From the NCBI GenBank assembly GCA_045863295.1, contig BTWA01000056.1, positions 1 to 25,417 of the forward strand: a DNA stretch of 25,417 nucleotides. The letters are read 5' to 3'. The stretch comes from Candidatus Hydrogenedentota bacterium. Its GTDB lineage: Bacteria; Hydrogenedentota; Hydrogenedentia; Hydrogenedentales; SLHB01. The position numbers and the translations under genes were made by a program. A model generated the notes under the pieces. That model searched no databases and had not been told where the DNA came from. It was given only the letters and a program-made list of their open reading frames with translations. Positions 1 through 7,382 of the stretch are shown one piece after another (the stretch's first letter is position 1; every line of letters begins with the position of its first letter).

Positions 1-32
1 TACAGGGCTTATGGATATGTGGTGTGGGTAAT

Positions 33-76
33 CCCAGGGCGTTGCCCTGGGCTGTTCTGTTTTGGCCTTTCAGGCC
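33..76. repeat. REP-like palindrome pair
   Basis: Perfect hairpin CCCAGGGC-GTT-GCCCTGGG (33-51) followed by GGCCT-TTC-AGGCC (64-76) in non-coding DNA. Confidence 0.65.
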
Positions 77-207
77 GTGTGTGGCGAAGAGGCGACCCTG
101 TTACAACAAGAGCCGGTGAAGCGGATGTCGTCGATGTCGGCGGTTTGCCAGAAGCCGGTGCTGAACAGGGATTGGGCGTAGGTGTGGGAAGGAAGACCGT
201 TTTCGTC

Positions 208-234
208 CGCAGATTAGCGCAGATAATCGCAGAT
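208..234. repeat. Three CGCAGAT heptamers at exact 10-bp period
   Basis: CGCAGAT at 208-214, 218-224, 228-234. Confidence 0.85.
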
Positions 235-254
235 GGGACGATTTTAAGGGAGAC

Positions 255-534
255 GCCGATGGATGGGGTGTGTGTTTGAGGTGGCTGGTTTTTGGTGGGA
301 TGGTTGTGGGTGGTTGCGCGGGAGCAAGCTCCCTTGGGTAGGGCGGGAGCAAGCTTCCGCACTCCATAGTGGGAGCGGCTCCTTGTGCGGCGGGTGGAGT
401 TCGTCGACGGATAGGGCCGATGGATGCGGGTGTGTTTGAGGTGGCTGGTTCTTTGTTGGGACGGTTTTGGGTGGTTGTGCGGGAGCAAGCTCCCTTGGGT
501 AAGGCGGGAGCAAGCTTCCGCAGGCCAGAGTGGG
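255..534. repeat. Two ~119-bp direct repeats (period 161 bp), each with two REP-like palindromes
   Basis: Copies at ~255-373 and ~416-534; GGGAGCAAGCTCCC at 320-333 and 481-494; GCGGGAGCAAGCTTCCGC at 343-360 and 504-521. Confidence 0.9.
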
Positions 535-636
535 GCCTATCGTCGCAGGTGCGGGTGTGATTGGAAACGGAGTCTTGGGCCACGAGTGTGCACGGATTTG
601 GGCGACGTATGCCAACCGCTTGGTGTGCAATGCAGG

Positions 637-1713
637 TCAGAGAATTTGTTTGGTTGCTTTCACTCTTGCGTATACCTGTTGTCTGGTTTTCAGAATCAGG
701 TGATCGAGCGAGCGTCTGGTTATGAGGGCGTTCAAGGTTTCTTCGCCTCCCGCGGAGAGCCGGATCAGAACTTGTCCGTGATCATCGGGTTCTATTGCCT
801 CGATGGTAAGCAGGAGTTGGTTGATGAGGCTGGAGTTGGGTTCGTGGCTGAGGGCGATGCTCACGTCGTGCGGGTCCACCCACAAATTCGCTTCCGCGCC
901 GACTGGCAGATCCACGGCCTTTGTCCAGAACGATCCGATGCCGGTATCCAACCGTGAAAGGCGGTAGTTATCGTCGTGTTCCGCGACTCGCGCGCGAAGG
1001 ATGACGGAATCCCGCAAGGCAGGATCCATCGAACCGGCCGCCACCTCATGGGCCACTTTGTGGGGACTTCCGATGGCGACGATGCGGCCTTCGCGAATGC
1101 AGACCATGGTGCGTGCGATCTGAAGGACTTCATTTAGCGTGTGGCTGACGTACAGGCATGGAATTTTCAATTCGCGGAGGATGCGCATCAGGTACGGGAG
1201 GATTTCACGGCGGCTTGATTCGTCCAAGGCCGAGAGGGGTTCGTCCATGAGAAGTAATTTGGGACTTGTCAGGATGGCCCGTGCGATAGCGACGCGTTGG
1301 CGTTCGCCGCCGGAGAGTCCAGCAGGCATGCGATTCAGGAGGGGTTCCAGGCCGAGCCAAGCCACCGCCTGTTCGCAGGGAATCACCCGATCCGCCGCGG
1401 GAACCCGCTTCCATCCGTACTGCAAATTTCCTATCACGGAAAGATGCGGAAACAGGCTGGGCTCTTGAAAGACATAGCCCACCGGCCTTCGATGTGGAGG
1501 AAGACATATGCGGTTGTCGTGCCAGAGATCGCCATTGACAGAAATGTGTGCGCTGTCGGGCCGGACCAGGCCTGTAATACATCGGAGCAGCGTGGTTTTT
1601 CCCGAGCCGGACGGACCAAAAAGACTGGTAACGCCCTGCGCCGGCACTTCGAATGCCGTGTCCAGCACGAATGACCCTTGCGCGTGTTTGATGCGTATCT
1701 GGATGGTGCTCAT
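637..1713 (-). CDS. modC: Molybdate ABC transporter ATP-binding protein
   Basis: Walker A GPSGSGKT, GYVFQE, signature LSGGERQRVAIARA, Walker B LLLMDEP, C-terminal TOBE/Mop-like region ending VYARVKA; 4-bp overlap with modB. Confidence 0.95.
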   Translation of the reverse strand: MSTIQIRIKHAQGSFVLDTAFEVPAQGVTSLFGPSGSGKTTLLRCITGLVRPDSAHISVNGDLWHDNRICLPPHRRPVGYVFQEPSLFPHLSVIGNLQYGWKRVPAADRVIPCEQAVAWLGLEPLLNRMPAGLSGGERQRVAIARAILTSPKLLLMDEPLSALDESSRREILPYLMRILRELKIPCLYVSHTLNEVLQIARTMVCIREGRIVAIGSPHKVAHEVAAGSMDPALRDSVILRARVAEHDDNYRLSRLDTGIGSFWTKAVDLPVGAEANLWVDPHDVSIALSHEPNSSLINQLLLTIEAIEPDDHGQVLIRLSAGGEETLNALITRRSLDHLILKTRQQVYARVKATKQIL

Positions 1714-2378
1714 AGGCCCAAGGGGTCCGGCTTTCGGTTGAAGGCATAGACCGCGAACAATGTGACGAACGAAAACAGCAGCAATCCGGCGGACAAGATG
1801 TGCGCGTTTCGGTATTGCAGCAGTTCGACGTAATCATAGATGGCGATCGACACTACGCGGGTCCTGCCCGGGATGTTGCCGCCGATCATCAGGACGACGC
1901 CGAATTCGCCCACGGTGTGAGCAAAGCCGAGCGTGGCGGCGGTAAGAAATCCGCGGCGCGCCAGCGGCAGTGTGACGGAAACGAAACGGTCGATTGCGTT
2001 GGCCCGAAGCGTGGCGGCCACTTCCAAAGGCCGGTTGCCGATTGAGGCGAACGCATTTTGAAGTGGTTGAACGACGAATGGCAGCGAATACAGAACCGAG
2101 CCGATAACAAGCCCTGCAAAAGAGAAGACGAGCCGGTCACCGCCCATGTTCTCCCAAGGCCCACCGAAAATGCCGCGGGGTCCCAGGCATACGAGCAAGT
2201 AGAATCCGAGGACGGTGGGCGGCAGTACGAGCGGCAAGGCTACGACCGCTTCGACGGCGGTGCGAAGGAGTGAGCGGCCCCGTGCGAGCCACCATGCCAG
2301 TGGGACACCGATAAGCATGAGCACGAGCACGGTGGTCAAGGCGAGTTGAATGGTCAATGCGACAGGTTGCCAGTCCAC
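1710..2378 (-). CDS. modB: Molybdate ABC transporter permease
   Basis: Hydrophobic; ALPLVLPPTVLGFYLL, FAHTVGEFGVVLMIGGNIPGRT motifs typical of ModB; GTG start. Confidence 0.95.
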   Translation of the reverse strand: MDWQPVALTIQLALTTVLVLMLIGVPLAWWLARGRSLLRTAVEAVVALPLVLPPTVLGFYLLVCLGPRGIFGGPWENMGGDRLVFSFAGLVIGSVLYSLPFVVQPLQNAFASIGNRPLEVAATLRANAIDRFVSVTLPLARRGFLTAATLGFAHTVGEFGVVLMIGGNIPGRTRVVSIAIYDYVELLQYRNAHILSAGLLLFSFVTLFAVYAFNRKPDPLGL

Positions 2379-2383
2379 GCGGG

Positions 2384-3226
2384 TTATCCGGGGGTTGGGG
2401 TTGCCGATGATTCCTTGGGCGGTCCGGGCACAGCATAGCCGGATTCGCGGATGATTTCACGGGCGTCTGGCGATTGGAGGAATTCGAGGAATGCGGCCGC
2501 TCCCGGGTGCGATTCGGCGGTGGTCAACAACACGGCCTGCTGCAGGATGGGCGCGTGGAATTCGCTGGGCACTTCGCGATATTCACCCTGCGGTTTATCC
2601 ATGACCTGGGACTTGGCGACAAATCCAATTTCCGCGGCACCGGTGATGACAAATTGGAAGGCTTGCGCGATGCTTTCGCCTTTGACGAGTTTTGGAGTCA
2701 CTGCATCGGAGAGCTGGAGATGATCCAACACTTGCATCGCCGCAAGGCCATACGGAGCCAAGTCCGGATTTGCGATGGCGATGTGTCTTATATCGTTTCT
2801 CCGCAGGACGTCCATACCGGTTTCAGGCCATGCCGCCAGCGCGTGGCCGTAGAGTACCAGTGTGCCCATGGCATAGTTGAAACGGGAACCCGCTACCGCA
2901 AGTTTCCTCTCTTCAAGCCACTGGGCATGTTTCTCGTCGGCTGACAGGAAGATGTGAAACGGCGCGCCGTTTTCGATCTGGGCGTACAGTTTGCCGGTAG
3001 AGCCGCTACTCGTGTCGACGGCGTAACCGGTTTTCGCGGTGAAGGTTGCGGCAATGTCGGCTTGGGGTCCCAGGAAATTGGCTGCGACGGCTACACGCAC
3101 GGGCCACTTGCCGGATACGGGTCTGTCCTGGATGCCGGTTTCATTCTTGCACGACGAAACCAGAGCAAGTGCTGACGAGCATAGGAGCAGGCGAACAACG
3201 ATGCGGCGCAATCGCCTAGGCGACAT
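2384..3226 (-). CDS. modA: Molybdate ABC transporter substrate-binding lipoprotein
   Basis: VAVAAN, SSGSTGKLYAQIENGAPFHIFLSAD, IAIANPDLAPYG motifs; lipobox-like VSSC; start may instead be 3247. Confidence 0.93.
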   Translation of the reverse strand: MSPRRLRRIVVRLLLCSSALALVSSCKNETGIQDRPVSGKWPVRVAVAANFLGPQADIAATFTAKTGYAVDTSSGSTGKLYAQIENGAPFHIFLSADEKHAQWLEERKLAVAGSRFNYAMGTLVLYGHALAAWPETGMDVLRRNDIRHIAIANPDLAPYGLAAMQVLDHLQLSDAVTPKLVKGESIAQAFQFVITGAAEIGFVAKSQVMDKPQGEYREVPSEFHAPILQQAVLLTTAESHPGAAAFLEFLQSPDAREIIRESGYAVPGPPKESSATPTPG

Positions 3227-3707
3227 AGTCGAAACCGATCCGCTCATAGATGCGGCGGGCCGGCGTGTTGGCTTCGTTGACCATAAGAATCAGGTCTTCG
3301 TATCCGTCTTTCAACAGCGAATTGATGCTTTTCTTGAGCAGGAAGGTGCCCATTCCTTTGTTCATGTATTTGGGATGGGTCATAGAGAAGGCCACTTGGG
3401 GGCACCCATCTTGGGCGCTCCAAGTGACGAGGGAGGCGCACACGGCGCGGGAATCCTGCATGATGATGAATGAGGCGCGGCGCAACAATTTGCCGTACTT
3501 GCCCATGAGAATCTGGGTCATCTCGGAGATGGACGTCTGGAGCGAGTCGTAGTCCTGCGTTTCCTTTGATTCATTAAAGGATTCCAAGAGCAACATGCCG
3601 AGGTGGTCGACATCGTCGAGTATGACGGTGCGCGACGGCCACATCTTTTCTTTGTTGTAGGCCTGATGCACCATCTTGAAGCGCATCTTCATGCGATTGG
3701 CTGGCAT
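3216..3707 (-). CDS. GNAT-family N-acetyltransferase
   Basis: Motif A THPKYMNKGMGTFLL and motif B VNEANTPARRIYERIGF; GAGG/AGGAG RBS; overlaps modA start. Confidence 0.88.
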   Translation of the reverse strand: MPANRMKMRFKMVHQAYNKEKMWPSRTVILDDVDHLGMLLLESFNESKETQDYDSLQTSISEMTQILMGKYGKLLRRASFIIMQDSRAVCASLVTWSAQDGCPQVAFSMTHPKYMNKGMGTFLLKKSINSLLKDGYEDLILMVNEANTPARRIYERIGFDYVA

Positions 3708-3743
3708 TTCCTCGAAACTCCTAAATCGGGGTCACGCCGTACT

Positions 3744-5075
3744 TTACACGATACGAAACGAATCAACAAGCGTGCACCGGCGTTCGCGGGTAAAATGGAT
3801 GGCCGTGGTCATGCCTTCGCCGGTTGGACTGGCGATGGTAAACGAGGTGTAGCCCTCGCCTCCCATGCCGAGTCCGGCATAGTTGGGGCCGTTCTTGATG
3901 AAGATGGAACAGTTTATCCGCCGTGCCATGCTGCTCAGGCGGCCGATGTGAAAAGAATGCATGCTGGCTGTGTGACGGCGGCCACCTTCGTAGGCGACGC
4001 CCAAGTCGATGGCGTCTTCGGCGGTTGACGCGCGCACGATGGGCATGACGGGCAGGAGTTGCTCTGTCCAGGCCAGGGGATGGTCCGGAGCTACTTCGAC
4101 GATCGCGAGGCGAGTGGAATCGGGGGCGTCGATACCAATCTTTTTGAGAATCTGATTCGCATTCTTGCCGACCCAGCGCTTATCGATTACGCCCTTGCGA
4201 TCTTTCCGGGACTCGAAGATGACATTGCACAGGCGGTCGATGGCTCCCCCTGTCACTTCAATGCATTCACACTGTGTCATTTCGCGTTTGAGCTGATCGG
4301 CCACGCTTGCGACGACTACTACAACCTTTTCATCGGTGCAGATGATGTTGTTGTCCAATGAACCGCCAGCCACGATGTTTCTTGCGGCGGCGGCAATGTC
4401 GGCGGTCTCATCCACCACTGCGGGCGGATTGCCGGGACCCGCGGCAATGACTTTCTTGCCGGAGGCCATCGCTTCGCGCACCACGGCGGGACCTCCGGTT
4501 ACACACAGCAGGGCAATGCCGGGGTGATGCATGAGCGCCTTGGCCGTATCGATACTTGGATCAGAAACGGCCGAAATGAGGCAATCGGGCCCCCCTGCAT
4601 CCACGATGGCCTTGTTGAGGATGTCGACGCACCGTTGCGAGCACCCTTTGGCAGCCGGGTGCGCGTTGAATACGACGGCGTTTCCTCCGCTGACGATGGA
4701 AATGCCGTTGTTGATGACGGTTTCTGTTGGGTTTGTGGAGGGAATCACGGAACCGATGACGCCGTGAGGGGCGCGTTCCATCAGGGTGAGGCCGTGATCG
4801 CCCGTGCGCGCGCGAGGCTCCAGGATTTCGGGTCCTGGGGTTTTGACGGCCACCAGGAGATTTTTGCGAATTTTGTCTTCCGCGCGTCCCATGCCGGTTT
4901 CTTTGTACGCGGCAACGGCAAGTTCCTTGACGTTTGCCTTGGCGGCTTCGCGCATGGCATCGACAATCCGATAGCGAATATCCAGCGACAGGTCGGACAT
5001 TGCCGCGAAAGCTTGGCGCGATCGTGCGACGGTTTCATCGAGGGAGGGGTGGTCTGTTCGTGATGTGTTGCTCAC
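3744..5075 (-). CDS. CoA-acylating aldehyde dehydrogenase, EutE/PduP family (microcompartment-associated)
   Basis: ETGMGRAEDKIRKN, PSTNPTET, TGGPAVV, AGPGNPPAVVDETAD, catalytic SLDNNIICTDEK, C-terminal FTRERRCTLVDSFRIV. Confidence 0.95.
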   Translation of the reverse strand: MSNTSRTDHPSLDETVARSRQAFAAMSDLSLDIRYRIVDAMREAAKANVKELAVAAYKETGMGRAEDKIRKNLLVAVKTPGPEILEPRARTGDHGLTLMERAPHGVIGSVIPSTNPTETVINNGISIVSGGNAVVFNAHPAAKGCSQRCVDILNKAIVDAGGPDCLISAVSDPSIDTAKALMHHPGIALLCVTGGPAVVREAMASGKKVIAAGPGNPPAVVDETADIAAAARNIVAGGSLDNNIICTDEKVVVVVASVADQLKREMTQCECIEVTGGAIDRLCNVIFESRKDRKGVIDKRWVGKNANQILKKIGIDAPDSTRLAIVEVAPDHPLAWTEQLLPVMPIVRASTAEDAIDLGVAYEGGRRHTASMHSFHIGRLSSMARRINCSIFIKNGPNYAGLGMGGEGYTSFTIASPTGEGMTTAIHFTRERRCTLVDSFRIV

Positions 5076-5167
5076 GGAATTACGCGGACCTTAGTTTGTA
5101 AGATTCAGATTTGCAGCGAATGGCAAACGTTTTCCGCCACTGAAACGGACACGTCCCGATGCCGATT

Positions 5168-5455
5168 CTATTTCCGCCACTTCACTGTGCCTTCGATATC
5201 CCAGGAATCGACAATGGCCATGATGACCGCGTCGGCCGGGCGATCGCGGGTGGCTTCGGTCAGGCGGGCGGAACTGCCTGTAGCCACGAGCACTACGTCC
5301 CCCACGCCGGCGCCGACGGCATCCGTCGCCACGACGTATCCTCCGGTTTCCTTTGCGTCGGTGTCCAGCGTTTTTACGACGAGGAACTTTCCGCCTTCGA
5401 GGGTGCGTTCTTTCGCGGTCGCTACGACGCTGCCCACCACTCTGCCCAGTTGCAT
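5168..5455 (-). CDS. BMC-P pentameric vertex shell protein (EutN/CcmL family)
   Basis: MQLGRVVGSVVATAK...VATDAVGAGVGDVVLV..GSSAR...DAVIMAIVD; AGGGG RBS before ATG 5455. Confidence 0.95.
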   Translation of the reverse strand: MQLGRVVGSVVATAKERTLEGGKFLVVKTLDTDAKETGGYVVATDAVGAGVGDVVLVATGSSARLTEATRDRPADAVIMAIVDSWDIEGTVKWRK

Positions 5456-5468
5456 GAAATACCCCTGA

Positions 5469-6071
5469 TTATAGCGGCACAATACCCGTTATCGTGGCAT
5501 TCTGAATGAACACGCTCGTCTTCTGGCCCGCGGCGTTGAAGGCCTCGTGGGCGATATCCACTTGTTGGGCAACCGCCCACGCACCGACGGCTTTGGTCTT
5601 GTGCACGATGATGATTGTGTCGTCATTCGACCCCAGGATTACCTGCGTTGGGAACGTGGGATCACCTACGGCACACAAATGGAATTCCTTCACCTCATTC
5701 GCGCCGTTGTGTGAACCGCCGGCCACCTCGTCCATGGGATCACCGGAGATAAGGTTGGCCAGGGAGTAATTCAGGCCGGCAATGAAATTGCCAAAGGGTT
5801 GATTGTCCGTGAGGGTGAATTTGGTATTCGTGTTGTCGATGATAAACGCGTTCAAGTTCAAGTCAATCACGATGGTGTAGGCAACCGAGTCGCCGACTTT
5901 AAGGCCGGCAATGGCTGCGGCACCAGCGTTGTCTGTAATCTGGGTAATTGTGCCGTTTATGTTGTATTGAATCGGTTTTGGGGTGGGCGCAATGGGGCAA
6001 CCTGACCCCAATAGCAATACCAACGCCACGGCAACGACAGATACACCGCATTTGAAGCCGGTCCAGAACAT
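5469..6071 (-). CDS. Hypothetical lipoprotein, beta-rich (200 aa)
   Basis: AGGAG RBS (6079-6083) before ATG 6071; hydrophobic VSVVAVALVLLL then GSGC lipobox and a Pro-rich linker; no family recognised. Confidence 0.8.
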   Translation of the reverse strand: MFWTGFKCGVSVVAVALVLLLGSGCPIAPTPKPIQYNINGTITQITDNAGAAAIAGLKVGDSVAYTIVIDLNLNAFIIDNTNTKFTLTDNQPFGNFIAGLNYSLANLISGDPMDEVAGGSHNGANEVKEFHLCAVGDPTFPTQVILGSNDDTIIIVHKTKAVGAWAVAQQVDIAHEAFNAAGQKTSVFIQNATITGIVPL

Positions 6072-6146
6072 GATTTTACTCCTCGCCCGCGCACGCGCAC
6101 AGGCATTCCAATTTCGTGTGCAAACCGGCGTCATTGGACGCGGGTT

Positions 6147-6452
6147 CTAGCGCTTATTTTCCGCCGCCGCTTCCTTGGCTCGGCCAAGGGGCAGTGCGAC
6201 GTCCACGTTGCTGTGAGGCCTCGGGATGATATGTACGGCGATCACTTCGCCCACGGCGCGGGCACTGCGTTCACCGGCTTCGCAGGCCGCCTTCACGGCT
6301 GCGACATCGCCGCGAACCACGGCCGTCACGAATCCGCCGCCGATTTTTTCATATCCCACGAGTTCCACTTTGGCGGCTTTCACCATGGCGTCCGCCGCTT
6401 CCACCATCGCGGCAAACCCGCGCGTTTCCACCATGCCCAATGCATCGGCCAT
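6147..6452 (-). CDS. BMC-H hexameric shell protein (EutM/PduA/CcmK family)
   Basis: [12 protein letters not shown]...[21 protein letters not shown]...[11 protein letters not shown]...HIIPRPH; GGGGAG RBS. Confidence 0.97.
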   Translation of the reverse strand: MADALGMVETRGFAAMVEAADAMVKAAKVELVGYEKIGGGFVTAVVRGDVAAVKAACEAGERSARAVGEVIAVHIIPRPHSNVDVALPLGRAKEAAAENKR

Positions 6453-6474
6453 GTGATTTCTCTCCCCTTCTACA

Positions 6475-6615
6475 TTTGAGGCGTTGCCTCGTGTCAAACT
6501 AGTTTGGCGGGCTGATGAAGCACGGGGCCTTCACCCTCTCTCCTGCTTTTCCTGTTCAGGGAGTCGCTACAACTCCGTTGCACTTGTTCGCCCAAGTAGC
6601 CTGTGAGTTATTCTA
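6475..6615 (-). promoter_or_regulatory. Putative promoter (-10 TAGAAT) and structured 5' leader or operator of the BMC-H operon
   Basis: TAGAAT at 6610-6615 (minus); hairpins at 6560-6576, 6512-6559 and 6478-6490; perfect palindrome CAAACTAGTTTG at 6495-6506. Confidence 0.4.
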
Positions 6616-6718
6616 CCGTTTGGACGCGGGCTTTGGCATTTCCCACTTACTGCCCCATTTTAAACCAACGCAGTGTAGTAGTTGCGCCATCACAATCGTC
6701 GCCCAACGAGGTTGCGCA

Positions 6719-7333
6719 TCAATCCCTGCCAGACAATCCCTGCAATGCCTTTACCGCTGCCTCACTGCCTACCACTACATCGGCCTCTTCGCCTCCGAGA
6801 TACAGGCGGCCGTAGGCGCCAAAAGGCCGGATGTCCACCAGGGTCACCCGGCTGGCTTTCTCGGCCTCGTTGGCGGCGAGCACGGCGTACAGCGCGGGTT
6901 GTGTCTCCAGAATAAACAGGGTTTGGCCCGCAAGCAACATGGAGCCGTCACGCTGCTTATTAATGATGGCGGCCTGATAGGCATCGACGTGGCGGATAAT
7001 GGTGGAGGACGCAATTTTCGGCTTTTGGCGGTCGGCCTCGGTCCAGTTCATGGCCTTGAGGACGGCATCGCCAGCCTGACGCACGTTTGCCTGGGATTCG
7101 GAGTGCACCTCGAAGGTGCCGAAGCTGCGTTCCACCACCTGAATGGCGGGGTGTACATCGGTGGCTTTGAGGGCAATGTCGAGCAGGCGGACGATTTCCA
7201 TTCCTGGGCCGACTTCAACGAACAGGCTTGCCATTCCCGCCACGGGCATGAAGCCCTGCACGGTCGACGCCATGAACGACGCCAATTGTTCCTGAAGGGA
7301 ATCCAGGACGATGTAACTGCGGAGTTCGGTCAT
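6719..7333 (-). CDS. BMC-T trimeric shell protein, CcmP/CsoS1D-like (double-stacking type)
   Basis: ELRSYIVLDSLQEQLASF, EVGPGMEI, VVERSFG.FEVH, LETQPALYAVLAANEAEKA, FGAYGRLYLGG motifs; AGGGGA RBS. Confidence 0.92.
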   Translation of the reverse strand: MTELRSYIVLDSLQEQLASFMASTVQGFMPVAGMASLFVEVGPGMEIVRLLDIALKATDVHPAIQVVERSFGTFEVHSESQANVRQAGDAVLKAMNWTEADRQKPKIASSTIIRHVDAYQAAIINKQRDGSMLLAGQTLFILETQPALYAVLAANEAEKASRVTLVDIRPFGAYGRLYLGGEEADVVVGSEAAVKALQGLSGRD

Positions 7334-7382
7334 GTGGATCCCCTAATAAAACCACCGGCTTGACGCAAAAGAAACGAGCCAC

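Noticed and set aside
255..534. CRISPR array
   Set aside because: Only two long diverged units, no series of unique spacers between 25-45-bp repeats, and no cas genes
9..630. Several overlapping ORFs in the repeat region
   Set aside because: Low-complexity translations of the repeats with no protein motifs
5131..5181. 11-bp direct repeat TTTCCGCCACT (5131-5141 and 5171-5181)
   Set aside because: Only 29 bp lie between the copies and there is no element; probably chance or a small local duplication
6512..6560. Glycine or cobalamin riboswitch suggested by CAGGAGAGA
   Set aside because: The downstream CCGAAG and CTCTCAGG glycine-aptamer motifs and the B12-box are absent
5168..7333. Carboxysome or canonical eut/pdu operon
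   Set aside because: No Rubisco, carbonic anhydrase, EutBC or PduCDE; the AldDH points to a catabolic compartment of undetermined type, so eut/pdu/ccm symbols were not assigned
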